This document shows, piece by piece, positions 11,317 through 27,902 of a DNA stretch of 64,000 nt. The stretch is from Escherichia coli. Lineage in GTDB: Bacteria > Pseudomonadota > Gammaproteobacteria > Enterobacterales > Enterobacteriaceae. The translations under genes and the position numbers were made by a program. How positions within the stretch are numbered: the stretch's first letter is position 1; each line of letters begins with the position of its first letter. A model generated the notes under the pieces. The model was not told the DNA's origin, did no database searches, and saw nothing but the letters and a program-made list of their open reading frames with translations. The DNA lies in assembly GCF_024298765.1 (NCBI RefSeq), contig NZ_CP101210.1, one strand, 5' to 3'.

Positions 11317-12356
11317 TTTCTTACGGAGTGCTATTTCTCTTCTCTTATATCAATGCTGTACTTCAGAAGAGAGTAACCGTAACGTTACTATTTTTTATAA
11401 TGATAATTGTTTCTTTCTTTAAATATAATATTGGATTTGATTGGGGGAATTATCATGAAATTTACCTTCAGCAAGGAGATGGCTTTTTTTTTAATGAACC
11501 CCTATTTTCTCTCTTAATTATTCTTTCCAATAAGGTTGCATTAGAATATAAATATTTTATATCAATGTGCTCATTAATTACACTGATTGTTTATTATTCT
11601 GGTATGCGGTGTTTTGCAAGAGATATAAAAGAGTTAGCTTTAGCATTAACTTATTTTGTTGTCTCTTATTGCTACTTTGAACACTTTAATATTATTCGAC
11701 AAGCTTTAGCAATCGCTTTATTCTTTTATAGTTGGAAATATATTATTGAGACTAACTTTATAATGTATAGCCTCTTTATTTTTTTTGCATCTATGATTCA
11801 TGCGGCGGCGGTTGTATTGCTCCCATTTTACTTTTTCCTTAGAATTGATAATTTTAAACCTGTATATTATGGTATAGTGGTCTTATTTATTATTATTGTT
11901 GTTAGATTCGATATTAACAGCATCCTTTTAAGTTCACTTAATTTATTTAAAAATTTCGATTTTGTAGCCAGGTATTTAGCAAATTCAACAGATTTGGCTG
12001 ACTTTGCATCAAAAAAATCTGATCTTGGATTAAGTAAGATATACCCAGCAATTATATTTGTTTTCTGTTGTTTTTGGGGAGGGATTAGGTTAGAGTCTCG
12101 AAGAGACTATGTTTTTTTTAATGCTGGCTTTATTGCAATAACTTTACTGCTCTTAAGCTATCAGGTTGATATTTTGTTTAGATTTTTCTCTTTTTTTGAG
12201 ACTTCATTTGTCTTGTTGTACTGCATTATTTTTTCTGGTTTTAATAAAAAAAGTAAAATTATACTGCATATGGTTAATTTAATTGTATATACGGTAATGA
12301 CATTTAACATGTTATCAGTAATGGGCTTGATTCCTTATGAATCATACATTTTCTAA
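11313..12356 (+). CDS. wzy: O-antigen polymerase
   Basis: 347 aa, very hydrophobic multi-span protein with extreme AT bias; no recognisable soluble domain. Confidence 0.65.
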   Translation: MISYGVLFLFSYINAVLQKRVTVTLLFFIMIIVSFFKYNIGFDWGNYHEIYLQQGDGFFFNEPLFSLLIILSNKVALEYKYFISMCSLITLIVYYSGMRCFARDIKELALALTYFVVSYCYFEHFNIIRQALAIALFFYSWKYIIETNFIMYSLFIFFASMIHAAAVVLLPFYFFLRIDNFKPVYYGIVVLFIIIVVRFDINSILLSSLNLFKNFDFVARYLANSTDLADFASKKSDLGLSKIYPAIIFVFCCFWGGIRLESRRDYVFFNAGFIAITLLLLSYQVDILFRFFSFFETSFVLLYCIIFSGFNKKSKIILHMVNLIVYTVMTFNMLSVMGLIPYESYIF

Positions 12357-12730
12357 TAAGCTTCCCTCAGTTGTTTGTTGTATAGTAATATTTTAATATC
12401 ATTGCAGTGTGTAATTATTGTCAATAAGCTAATTTCTGTTATTTGCATGATTAATTCAGTTTGCAATGCTTGATGTAAAAAGATAAAGTGCACCCGTTTA
12501 CACAATGTTTATTTTGGCATGTCAAGTATAAGTTCTAAATAATACGTTTGTAATGTTTAGCATGTAAACATAATAGTTAAATAATATTAAACATGCAACA
12601 TGCCATTTGTTATTCTAATAAAACATATGTGTTGTGTGAATTATTTAATGTGGAAAGTGGTTGCGTATTATAAATTGTTCATATTGACGTTTAAGTCTTT
12701 TATAACTCCATGCTTGCATGTTAAAAACAT

Positions 12731-12752
12731 TTCGCTATATATTCGCTATATA
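12731..12752. repeat. perfect tandem direct repeat 2 x 11 bp (ttcgctatata) within AT-rich intergenic region
   Basis: ttcgctatatattcgctatata read directly; lies in the 480-bp gene-free region 12357-12837. Confidence 0.9.
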
Positions 12753-12837
12753 TTATGGTAGGTGGTTTTTATCTAGGCAGATTTGTCTATTTAACTCTAA
12801 ATCTAAATCGCTTAAGAAAGTATGAGTAGGAGTATTT

Positions 12838-13857
12838 ATGGCTATTCTCGTTACAGGTGGTGCTGGTTATATTGCATCACATACTATACTGAGTTTGATA
12901 GAGCAGGGTAATGAAGTAATTATTATTGATAATTTATCAAATTCATATTATGATTCGTTATTGAAAATAAAAGAGATTACTGGATGTGATTGTCTTTTTT
13001 ATAAAGGAGATATCCTTGACAAAAAACTCTTGCTAAAAATATTTGATGAAAATAATATCACTGCTGTGATGCATTTTGCTGGTGCAAAGTCTGTAAGTGA
13101 ATCTGTTATCAGACCTTTGCAATACTATCGAAATAATGTCTCTGGCACTTTTTCTTTAGTTGAGGCAATGGAGGAGTCTGGTGTAGAAAATTTAATATTT
13201 AGCTCTTCAGCAACTGTCTATGGTGAGCCAAAGATTATTCCTGTGAATGAAAGTTGTGCTATAGGTGGTACTACAAATCCGTATGGAACGTCCAAGTTAT
13301 TTGTAGAGAACTTTTTGCGGGATTATTCTAAGGCATCCCCTAATTTTAAAACTATAGTATTAAGATATTTTAACCCTATCGGTGCTCACTCATCTGGAAA
13401 AATAGGTGAAGATCCTAACGGAATTCCGAATAACTTGATGCCCTTTATATGCCAGGTTGCTATCGGTAAACAAAAAACGCTCAAGATCTACGGAAATGAT
13501 TATCCTACTAAAGATGGTACTGGGATTCGCGATTATATTCATGTTATGGATCTTGCTGAAGGTCATGTTGCTGCATTAAATAATATTAATCAAGGAGCTA
13601 ATTATAGAGTTTACAACCTTGGAACAGGAATTGGATACTCTGTGTTGGAATTATTAGAAGCATTTCAGAAAGTTACAACTCGGAGAGTTCCCTATGTTTT
13701 TACTAAAAGGCGTTCAGGTGATATCGCTGAATGTTGGTCTGATCCTACCAAAGCGTATGAAGAATTAGGATGGAAAGCAAGGCGAGGGTTAGAAGATATG
13801 ATTCGTGATGCATGGAATTGGCAGCAAAAAAATCCAAATGGATTTAAGAAAGTTTAA
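12838..13857 (+). CDS. gne: UDP-GlcNAc/UDP-Glc 4-epimerase
   Basis: 339 aa; N-terminal ILVTGGAGYIASHT NAD-binding motif; C-terminus parallels the partial epimerase at window start. Confidence 0.9.
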   Translation: MAILVTGGAGYIASHTILSLIEQGNEVIIIDNLSNSYYDSLLKIKEITGCDCLFYKGDILDKKLLLKIFDENNITAVMHFAGAKSVSESVIRPLQYYRNNVSGTFSLVEAMEESGVENLIFSSSATVYGEPKIIPVNESCAIGGTTNPYGTSKLFVENFLRDYSKASPNFKTIVLRYFNPIGAHSSGKIGEDPNGIPNNLMPFICQVAIGKQKTLKIYGNDYPTKDGTGIRDYIHVMDLAEGHVAALNNINQGANYRVYNLGTGIGYSVLELLEAFQKVTTRRVPYVFTKRRSGDIAECWSDPTKAYEELGWKARRGLEDMIRDAWNWQQKNPNGFKKV

Positions 13858-13963
13858 TAAAAATGAAACGATATATTAAGTGTTAGCTTGTTTAATTAAT
13901 TTAAAGTTAATATTATTTACATTAATATGTAATGAAAGTGATATTCTATGACAGGAGTAAACA

Positions 13964-15370
13964 ATGTCAAAGCAACAGATCGGCGTAGTCGGTATGGCAG
14001 TGATGGGGCGCAACCTTGCGCTCAACATCGAAAGCCGTGGTTATACCGTCTCTATTTTCAACCGTTCCCGTGAAAAGACGGAAGAAGTGATTGCCGAAAA
14101 TCCAGGCAAGAAACTGGTTCCTTACTATACGGTGAAAGAGTTTGTTGAATCTCTGGAAACGCCTCGTCGCATCCTGTTAATGGTGAAAGCAGGTGCAGGC
14201 ACGGATGCTGCTATTGATTCCCTCAAGCCATACCTCGATAAAGGTGACATCATTATTGATGGTGGTAATACCTTCTTCCAGGATACCATTCGTCGTAACC
14301 GTGAGCTTTCTGCCGAAGGTTTTAACTTCATTGGTACCGGTGTCTCCGGTGGTGAAGAAGGCGCGCTGAAAGGTCCTTCCATCATGCCTGGTGGGCAGAA
14401 AGAAGCCTATGAACTGGTTGCACCGATCCTGACCAAAATCGCCGCCGTTGCTGAAGATGGCGAACCGTGCGTTACCTATATTGCTGCCGATGGCGCGGGT
14501 CACTATGTGAAGATGGTTCACAACGGTATTGAATACGGTGATATGCAACTGATTGCTGAAGCCTATTCTCTCCTGAAAGGCGGCCTGAATCTTTCTAACG
14601 AAGAACTGGCACAGACCTTTACCGAGTGGAATAACGGTGAACTGAGCAGCTACCTGATCGACATCACCAAAGACATCTTCACTAAAAAAGATGAAGACGG
14701 TAACTACCTGGTTGATGTGATCCTGGATGAAGCGGCTAACAAAGGTACCGGTAAATGGACCAGCCAGAGCGCGCTGGATCTCGGAGAACCGCTGTCGCTG
14801 ATTACCGAGTCTGTGTTTGCACGTTATATCTCTTCTCTGAAAGATCAGCGTGTTGCAGCGTCTAAAGTTCTCTCTGGTCCGCAAGCGCAGCCTGCTGGCG
14901 ACAAGGCTGAGTTCATCGAAAAAGTTCGTCGTGCTCTGTATCTGGGCAAAATCGTTTCTTACGCCCAAGGCTTCTCTCAGCTGCGTGCTGCGTCTGAAGA
15001 GTACAACTGGGATCTGAACTACGGCGAAATCGCGAAGATTTTCCGTGCTGGCTGCATCATCCGTGCGCAGTTCCTGCAGAAAATCACCGATGCTTATGCC
15101 GAAAATCCGCAGATCGCTAACCTGCTGCTGGCTCCGTACTTCAAGCAAATTGCCGATGACTACCAGCAGGCGCTGCGTGATGTCGTTGCTTATGCAGTAC
15201 AGAACGGTATCCCGGTTCCGACCTTCGCGGCTGCGGTTGCCTATTATGACAGCTACCGCGCCGCAGTTCTGCCTGCAAACCTGATCCAGGCACAGCGTGA
15301 CTATTTCGGTGCGCATACTTATAAGCGCATTGATAAAGAAGGTGTGTTCCATACTGAATGGCTGGATTAA
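13964..15370 (+). CDS. gnd: 6-phosphogluconate dehydrogenase, decarboxylating
   Basis: 468 aa; N-terminal [17 protein letters not shown]; high GC core-gene composition. Confidence 0.97.
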   Translation: MSKQQIGVVGMAVMGRNLALNIESRGYTVSIFNRSREKTEEVIAENPGKKLVPYYTVKEFVESLETPRRILLMVKAGAGTDAAIDSLKPYLDKGDIIIDGGNTFFQDTIRRNRELSAEGFNFIGTGVSGGEEGALKGPSIMPGGQKEAYELVAPILTKIAAVAEDGEPCVTYIAADGAGHYVKMVHNGIEYGDMQLIAEAYSLLKGGLNLSNEELAQTFTEWNNGELSSYLIDITKDIFTKKDEDGNYLVDVILDEAANKGTGKWTSQSALDLGEPLSLITESVFARYISSLKDQRVAASKVLSGPQAQPAGDKAEFIEKVRRALYLGKIVSYAQGFSQLRAASEEYNWDLNYGEIAKIFRAGCIIRAQFLQKITDAYAENPQIANLLLAPYFKQIADDYQQALRDVVAYAVQNGIPVPTFAAAVAYYDSYRAAVLPANLIQAQRDYFGAHTYKRIDKEGVFHTEWLD

Positions 15371-15398
15371 TCTGATTTAACCAACAATAAAATTGAGG

Positions 15399-15430
15399 CC
15401 CGGCGTATATTGCACCGGGCTTTTTTTTGC
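15399..15430 (+). terminator. rho-independent terminator downstream of gnd
   Basis: GC-rich hairpin (gcccggcg...caccgggc) followed by T8 run. Confidence 0.6.
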
Positions 15431-15609
15431 CAAATATCTTATAGACTAAATTTCACTGCTTAATATTAACTTAATAAATATCAGCTATTCTTATAAAGAA
15501 AATCTGAATTGTTTTTCGTTGCGTTGACCATCTGACAACGTAGCGTTAAAACTTTTAACTCTTATCAGGATGCTAAAAACATCATGATTCACAGTTAAGT
15601 TAATTCTGA

Positions 15610-16785
<1,176 letters not shown>

Positions 16786-16793
16786 CATCCTGT

Positions 16794-16826
16794 TATCAGG
16801 GCGATTTTCGCCCTGATTGTCTTTTG
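16794..16826 (+). terminator. putative terminator downstream of ugd
   Basis: inverted repeat atcagggcgattttcgccctgat followed by T-rich tract. Confidence 0.5.
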
Positions 16827-16930
16827 TTACCTCCGCAATAATTCATTATTTTTATCACTTATCCTATAGCATTCACTAGGATTATCGCTAAACTATGCGG
16901 ACTTGGAAATTTCCGTCAGTTAGGGTAATG

Positions 16931-17908
16931 ATGAGAGTAGAAAATAATAATGTTTCTGGGCAAAACCATGACCCGGAACAGATTGATTTGATTGATTTAC
17001 TAGTGCAGTTGTGGCGTGGCAAGATGACAATCATCATTTCCGTCATTGTGGCTATTGCCCTGGCTATTGGATATTTGGCAGTAGCGAAGGAGAAATGGAC
17101 GTCAACAGCAATTATCACTCAGCCCGACGTGGGGCAAATTGCTGGCTATAACAATGCCATGAATGTTATCTATGGTCAGGCTGCACCGAAAGTATCGGAT
17201 TTACAGGAGACGTTAATTGGTCGCTTCAGTTCTGCATTCTCTGCATTAGCAGAAACGCTGGATAATCAGGAAGAACCAGAAAAACTTACCATCGAACCTT
17301 CTGTTAAGAACCAGCAATTACCATTGACAGTTTCTTATGTTGGGCAAACTGCAGAGGGAACACAAATGAAGTTGGCCCAATACATTCAGCAAGTTGATGA
17401 TAAAGTGAATCAAGAGCTAGAAAAGGATCTCAAGGACAACATTGCTCTGGGACGGAAAAACTTGCAGGACTCTTTAAGAACTCAGGAAGTAGTCGCGCAA
17501 GAGCAGAAAGATCTGCGTATCCTTCAGATTCAGGAAGCGTTGCAGTATGCGAATCAGGCGCAGGTGACAAAGCCACAGGTTCAGCAGACTGAAGATGTGA
17601 CACAAGATACGTTGTTCCTTTTGGGGAGCGAAGCGCTGGAGTCGATGATTAAGCATGAGGCGACCCGTCCGTTGGTGTTCTCACCAAACTACTATCAGAC
17701 TCGTCAAAACCTGCTGGATATCGAAAGCTTAAAAGTTGATGATCTTGATATTCATGCTTACCGTTATGTAATGAAACCGACGTTACCTATTCGTCGCGAT
17801 AGTCCGAAAAAGGCAATCACCTTGATTCTGGCGGTGCTACTGGGCGGCATGGTTGGCGCGGGGATTGTGCTGGGGCGTAATGCTCTGCGTAATTACAACG
17901 CGAAATAA
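16931..17908 (+). CDS. wzzB: O-antigen chain-length determinant
   Basis: MRVENNNVSGQNHDPEQIDLIDL... N-terminus, central coiled-coil region and C-terminal TM segment; start trimmed from ORF 16895. Confidence 0.93.
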   Translation: MRVENNNVSGQNHDPEQIDLIDLLVQLWRGKMTIIISVIVAIALAIGYLAVAKEKWTSTAIITQPDVGQIAGYNNAMNVIYGQAAPKVSDLQETLIGRFSSAFSALAETLDNQEEPEKLTIEPSVKNQQLPLTVSYVGQTAEGTQMKLAQYIQQVDDKVNQELEKDLKDNIALGRKNLQDSLRTQEVVAQEQKDLRILQIQEALQYANQAQVTKPQVQQTEDVTQDTLFLLGSEALESMIKHEATRPLVFSPNYYQTRQNLLDIESLKVDDLDIHAYRYVMKPTLPIRRDSPKKAITLILAVLLGGMVGAGIVLGRNALRNYNAK

Positions 17909-17925
17909 TCTTTGCAGTTTTAAAG

Positions 17926-17965
17926 AAAACGGGCAGAGTGGTGACACCTTGCCCGTTTTTTTTTG
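17926..17965 (+). terminator. putative terminator downstream of wzzB
   Basis: hairpin aaacgggca...tgcccgtt followed by T9 run. Confidence 0.5.
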
Positions 17966-18005
17966 CCGGATGCGACTACAACATCGCATCCGGTCAGTCC
18001 GCAAC

Positions 18006-18610
18006 TCACTGATGCCGTTTACGCAGGTTCTCAATCACCGTTGTTAAATCCAGATCCTGATCCTGCAACAATACCAGCAGGTGATACATCAAATCAGATG
18101 CCTCGTTAGTTAGTTCAAAGCGGTCATGTACCGTTGCTGCCAGTGCGGTTTCCACCCCTTCTTCGCCCACTTTCTGCGCAATGCGTTTGGTGCCGCTGGC
18201 ATACAGTTTGGCGGTATAGGAAGTTTCCGGGTCGGCAGATTTGCGTGCGGCGAGCAGTTGTTCCAGTTGATACAGGAACAGCCATTGGTGAGCGGTGTCG
18301 CCGAAGCAGCCGCTGGTGCCTTTGTGGCAGGTTGGTCCGATAGGATTCGCCAGTACCAGTAGCGTGTCGTTGTCGCAATCCGGGACAATACTCACTACGT
18401 TGAGGAAATTGCCCGACATTTCGCCTTTGGTCCACAGCCGTTGTTTAGTGCGCGAGAAGAAGGTGACTTTGCCGCTTTCGATGGTTTTGTCTAAAGCTTC
18501 CGGGTTCATATAGCCCAGCATTAGCACTTCGCCGGATACCGCGTGTTGTACAATCACCGGCATAAGTCCGTCGGTTTTTTCCCAGTCCAGTTCGCGACGT
18601 TGTTGTTCTG

Positions 18611-18617
<7 letters not shown>
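18006..18617 (-). CDS. hisI: bifunctional phosphoribosyl-AMP cyclohydrolase / phosphoribosyl-ATP pyrophosphatase
   Basis: 203 aa; last gene of the his operon. Confidence 0.97.
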
Positions 18618-20695
<2,078 letters not shown>

Positions 20696-20696
<1 letters not shown>

Positions 20697-21762
20697 TACA
20701 GCACTCCTTTCGACGAGGGCAGGGTGTCGCCTTCCACGCGGATGGCCTGGCGCAGGGTGCGACCAAAGGCTTTGAACAGGCTCTCTACACGGTGGTGATC
20801 GTTTTTACCTTTAGTTTTCAGGTGTAGCGTCACGCCCATGGTGTAAGAGAGCGAACGGAAGAAGTGCTCGATCATTTCGGTGCTGAGATCGCCCACGCGT
20901 TGGTAGGTAAACTCGGCTTTATATTCCAGGTGCGGGCGACCAGAGATATCCAGCGCGCAGCGGGCAAGGCATTCGTCCATCGGTAGCACAAAACCAAAGC
21001 GGCAAATACCGCGTTTGTCTCCGAGGGCGATTTTTAGCGCTTCGCCCAGCGCCAGGCCGGTATCTTCGACGGTGTGGTGATCGTCGATATAGAGGTCGCC
21101 TTTGACGTTGATTTCCATGCGGAAACCGCCGTGGGTGGCGATCTGATCCAGCATGTGATCAAAGAAGCCAACACCGGTGTTAATCTTGCTGCCACCTTCG
21201 CGATCCAGCCACACCTGGACGTCAATTTGCGTCTCTTTGGTGTTGCGCACTACATGGGCGTAACGGTCTCGTTTAGTGAGTTGCTCGCCAATCATCGGCC
21301 AGTTCAGGATTTCGCGGTCGTAGCGTAAACCATTAATGCCCATGTTTTCCGCCAGTTGAATGTCGGTCGCGCGATCGCCAATCACATAACTGTTAGCGCG
21401 ATCCATCGCTTGCTCAGCCAGATAACGCTCTACCAGTTTTACTTTCGGCTTACGGCAGTCGCACTCATCGGCGGGCAGGTGCGGACAAATCAGCACTTCA
21501 TCAAACTGCACGCCTTGCGAGGTGAAGATCTGCATCATCAGGTTGTGCGGGCCATCGAAATCCGCCTGCGGGAAACTTTGTGTTCCCAGACCATCCTGAT
21601 TAGTGATCATCACCAGCTTGTAGCCCGCTTTTTGCAGCTTCAGCAGCTGTGGGATCACGCCCGGTTCAAAGGCGAGTTTGTCAAAACGGTCCACCTGAAA
21701 ATCACTCGGCGGTTCGCTAATCAGGGTTCCATCGCGATCGATAAAAAGATACTTCTGACTCA

Positions 21763-21763
<1 letters not shown>
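20696..21763 (-). CDS. hisB: bifunctional histidinol-phosphatase / imidazoleglycerol-phosphate dehydratase
   Basis: 355 aa; [14 protein letters not shown]. Confidence 0.97.
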
Positions 21764-24134
<2,371 letters not shown>

Positions 24135-24139
24135 GGCGA

Positions 24140-25039
24140 TCACTCCATCATCTTCTCAATCGGCAGGACCAGGATTGAACTGGCACCCAGCGCTTTCAGT
24201 TTTTCCATCGTTTCCCAGAACAGGGTTTCGCTACTGACCATGTGCATCGCTACACGCTGTTGGTCACCCGCCAGCGGCAGAATGGTTGGGCGTTCGGCAC
24301 CTGGCAGCAGGGCGATGACTTCATCCAGACGTTCGGTCGGTGCGTGCATCATGATGTATTTTGATTCGCGCGCCTGGATCACACCCTGAATACGGGTCAG
24401 CAGTTTGTCGATCAGTTGCTGTTTGGATTCTTCCATTTCGCCATCGCGCTGGATCAGGCAGGCTTTCGAGCGGTAGATAACTTCGACTTCGCGCAGGCCG
24501 TTTGCTTCCAGCGTGGCACCGGTGGAAACCAGATCGCAAATCGCATCCGCCAGTCCGGCACGCGGGGCGACTTCAACAGAACCGTTCAGTAAGCAGGATT
24601 TAAAAGAGATGCCTTTCTGGTCGAGATAACGCTTGAGCAGGTGAGGATAAGAGGTGGCGATACGTTTACCGTTTAAGGAGAGCGGGCCATCCCAGGCTTC
24701 ATCAACCGGCGTTGCCAGCGAAAGACGGCAGCCGCCGAAATCCAGACGACGCAGGGTAAAGTAGCGTGGATCTTCACCCTGGGCGCGGCGGTTAAGCAGC
24801 TCTTCTTCCAGCACGTTTTCGCCGATAATCCCGAGGTCAACCACGCCGTCCATTACCAGACCGGGAATGTCGTCGTCACGCACGCGCAGAATATCAATCG
24901 GCATGTTTTCTGCCATCGCGATCAGGCGCTGGGTGTGAAGATTGATTTTAATGCCACAGCGCGCCAGCAATTCACGTGAGTCATCACTTAAACGGCCGGA
25001 TTTCTGCATAGCTATGCGTAAACGAGTGTTGTCTGTCAT
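24140..25039 (-). CDS. hisG: ATP phosphoribosyltransferase
   Basis: [17 protein letters not shown]...; start trimmed from ORF 25078. Confidence 0.97.
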
Positions 25040-25084
25040 TTTCTTATTCCTCTTTAAACCTGTCTGAACCGTTATCAACCGCGC

Positions 25085-25120
25085 AATAAAAAAGCCCCCG
25101 GAAGGTGATCTTCCGGGGGC
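25085..25120 (-). terminator. his attenuator terminator hairpin
   Basis: gcccccggaag...cttccgggggc stem followed (minus strand) by U-run, between hisL and hisG. Confidence 0.85.
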
Positions 25121-25184
25121 TTTCTCATGCGTTCATGTACCACTGGAAGATCTGAATGTCTTCCAGCACACATCGCCTGAAAGA

Positions 25185-25235
25185 CTAGTCAGGATGATGG
25201 TGATGATGGTGGTGTTTAAATTGAACGCGTGTCAT
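25185..25235 (-). CDS. hisL: his operon leader peptide
   Basis: minus-strand reading atgacacgcgttcaatttaaacaccaccatcatcaccatcatcctgactag = MTRVQFKHHHHHHHPD* (seven consecutive His codons). Confidence 0.95.
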   Translation of the reverse strand: MTRVQFKHHHHHHHPD

Positions 25236-25484
25236 AAAAGTCTCTGTGAATTTTTATTCAACTGATGTCTTTTAACCTAAACCACTTTCACGTTAGAAAG
25301 CAAGGGCTTTTTTATATATTTTATGGCAATGGATTTGTTTAATGAATGAGCGGGGAAAGGAGGGGGCTAAGAGGACTGTCCTCTAAGCTGACGGCACCAA
25401 AAATAGCGAAGCCTGGATTTTCGTCTCACTGACAATACCTTGATCTACAAACTAATTAATAAATAGTTAATTAACGCCCATCAT

Positions 25485-25502
25485 TGTACAATGAACTGTA
25501 CA
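25485..25502 (+). promoter_or_regulatory. yefM-yoeB operator: two TGTACA cores
   Basis: tgtacaatgaactgtaca immediately upstream of the yefM RBS (aaagaggag). Confidence 0.7.
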
Positions 25503-25517
25503 AAAGAGGAGATTGAC

Positions 25518-25769
25518 ATGCGTACAATTAGCTACAGCGAAGCGCGTCAGAATTTGTCGGCAACAATGATGAAAGCCGTTGAAGATCATGCCCCGATCCT
25601 TATTACTCGTCAGAATGGAGAGGCTTGTGTTCTGATGTCACTCGAAGAATACAACTCGCTGGAAGAGACGGCTTATCTACTGCGCTCCCCCGCTAACGCC
25701 CGGAGATTGATGGACTCAATCGATAGCCTGAAATCAGGCAAAGGAACAGAAAAGGACATTATTGAGTGA
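25518..25769 (+). CDS. yefM: antitoxin YefM
   Basis: [64 protein letters not shown]... Confidence 0.95.
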
Positions 25770-26020
25770 AACTAATCTGGTCTGAGGAATCATGGGATGA
25801 TTATCTGTACTGGCAGGAAACAGATAAGCGAATTGTTAAAAAGATCAATGAACTTATCAAAGATACCCGCAGAACGCCATTTGAATGTAAGGGGAAGCCA
25901 GAACCCCTGAAACATAATTTGTCAGGTTTCTGGTCCCGACGCATTACAGAGGAGCACCGTCTGGTATACGCGGTTACCGACGATTCACTGCTCATTGCAG
26001 CATGTCGTTATCATTATTGA
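25766..26020 (+). CDS. yoeB: toxin YoeB (ribosome-dependent mRNA interferase)
   Basis: 84 aa; start overlaps yefM stop. Confidence 0.95.
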
Positions 26021-26102
26021 ACAGATTCATTCATAGAATGAATTGTCAGTTTTGATACGCTAGCGTAGCCTTATAGATCTAAGGTGTATCAGGAGATAAC
26101 GG

Positions 26103-26927
26103 ATGAAAAAGGTCGCAATTGTCGGGTTAGGGTGGTTAGGCATGCCGCTGGCGATGTCACTTTCAGCGCGAGGCTGGCAAGTCACCGGGAGTAAAACCAC
26201 ACAAGATGGTGTCGAAGCGGCCCGAATGAGTGGCATTGATAGCTATCTGCTTCGCATGGAGCCTGAGTTAGTTTGCGATTCTGACGATCTGGATGCCCTG
26301 ATGGATGTCGATGCGCTGGTCATTACGCTTCCGGCACGTCGTAGCGGCCCCGGCGATGAGTTCTATTTACAAGCGGTACAAGAGTTAGTGGATAGCGCGC
26401 TGGCCCATCGTATTCCCCGCATTATTTTTACCAGCTCAACATCTGTCTATGGCGACGCGCAAGGCACGGTGAAAGAAACTACCCCGCGTAATCCGGTAAC
26501 CAACAGTGGACGAGTATTAGAAGAACTCGAAGACTGGCTGCACAATTTACCCGGTACTTCGGTCGATATTCTGCGTCTTGCGGGGCTGGTCGGACCGGGA
26601 CGTCATCCCGGACGCTTCTTTGCCGGAAAAACCGCGCCTGATGGTGAACATGGTGTTAATTTAGTCCATTTAGAAGATGTTATTGGCGCTATCACTCTGT
26701 TGTTACAGGCACCTAAAGGCGGACACATCTATAATATATGTGCGCCAGCTCACCCTGCGCGTAATGTTTTCTATCCGCAGATGGCCCGTTTACTGGGGCT
26801 GGAGCCTCCGCAGTTCAGAAATAGTCTGGACAGCGGCAAAGGTAAGATTATTGATGGCAGTCGGATTTGTAATGAACTGGGATTTGAATACCAGTATCCC
26901 GATCCGCTGGTAATGCCGCTGGAGTAA
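26103..26927 (+). CDS. yeeZ: NAD-dependent epimerase/dehydratase family protein
   Basis: 274 aa; MKKVAIVGLGWLGMPLA Rossmann N-terminus. Confidence 0.85.
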   Translation: MKKVAIVGLGWLGMPLAMSLSARGWQVTGSKTTQDGVEAARMSGIDSYLLRMEPELVCDSDDLDALMDVDALVITLPARRSGPGDEFYLQAVQELVDSALAHRIPRIIFTSSTSVYGDAQGTVKETTPRNPVTNSGRVLEELEDWLHNLPGTSVDILRLAGLVGPGRHPGRFFAGKTAPDGEHGVNLVHLEDVIGAITLLLQAPKGGHIYNICAPAHPARNVFYPQMARLLGLEPPQFRNSLDSGKGKIIDGSRICNELGFEYQYPDPLVMPLE

Positions 26928-26972
26928 ACGATCACGCCAGCAGGACGCCGCATGCACTGCAAGGGGGCGTGT

Positions 26973-27902
26973 ATGAAACCACTGCTGGATGTGTTGATGA
27001 TCCTCGATGCCTTAGAAAAAGAAGGCAGTTTTGCGGCGGCGTCGGCCAAACTCTATAAGACGCCGTCCGCTCTGAGTTACACCGTTCACAAGCTGGAAAG
27101 CGACCTTAATATTCAATTGCTTGATCGTAGCGGTCACCGCGCTAAATTCACCCGTACCGGAAAAATGTTATTAGAGAAAGGGCGGGAAGTTCTGCATACC
27201 GTGCGAGAACTGGAAAAGCAGGCGATCAAACTGCATGAAGGCTGGGAAAACGAGCTGGTGATTGGCGTGGACGACACGTTTCCTTTTTCTCTGCTTGCGC
27301 CACTGATTGAAGCTTTTTATCAACATCATAGCGTGACGCGCCTGAAGTTTATCAATGGCGTACTCGGTGGTTCCTGGGATGCCCTGACTCAGGGGCGAGC
27401 GGATATTATTGTTGGCGCGATGCATGAGCCACCATCTTCCAGTGAGTTTGGTTTTTCACGGTTGGGCGATCTGGAACAAGTCTTTGCGGTCGCGCCTCAT
27501 CATCCGTTAGCCCTGGAAGAAGAGCCGTTAAACCGTCGTATTATTAAGCGATATCGGGCGATTGTGGTGGGGGATACTGCGCAGGCAGGCGCTTCTACGG
27601 CCTCACAACTTCTCGACGAACAAGAAGCCATTACCGTTTTCGATTTTAAAACCAAGCTGGAGCTGCAAATTAGCGGCCTCGGCTGCGGCTATTTACCCCG
27701 TTATCTGGCACAACGTTTTCTCGATAGTGGCGCGTTAATCGAGAAGAAAGTGGTCGCCCAAACTCTCTTTGAACCCGTCTGGATTGGCTGGAACGAACAG
27801 ACCGCAGGGCTTGCCAGCGGCTGGTGGCGGGATGAAATTTTAGCAAATAGTGCGATCGCCGGTGTTTATGCAAAATCTGATGACGGAAAATCAGCCATTT
27901 AA
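26973..27902 (+). CDS. yeeY: LysR-family transcriptional regulator
   Basis: LysR-type N-terminal HTH (FAAASAKLYKTPSALSYTVHKLE); start trimmed from ORF 26952. Confidence 0.85.
   Translation: MKPLLDVLMILDALEKEGSFAAASAKLYKTPSALSYTVHKLESDLNIQLLDRSGHRAKFTRTGKMLLEKGREVLHTVRELEKQAIKLHEGWENELVIGVDDTFPFSLLAPLIEAFYQHHSVTRLKFINGVLGGSWDALTQGRADIIVGAMHEPPSSSEFGFSRLGDLEQVFAVAPHHPLALEEEPLNRRIIKRYRAIVVGDTAQAGASTASQLLDEQEAITVFDFKTKLELQISGLGCGYLPRYLAQRFLDSGALIEKKVVAQTLFEPVWIGWNEQTAGLASGWWRDEILANSAIAGVYAKSDDGKSAI

Noticed and set aside
14177-15352. 391-aa minus-strand ORF
   Set aside because: Lies entirely antisense within gnd; a shadow ORF of a GC-rich, strongly conserved gene.
17966-18000. REP-like palindrome gccggatgcgac...gtcgcatccgg between wzzB and hisI
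   Set aside because: Probably a REP-type element or shared terminator; not distinctive enough to report as a finding.
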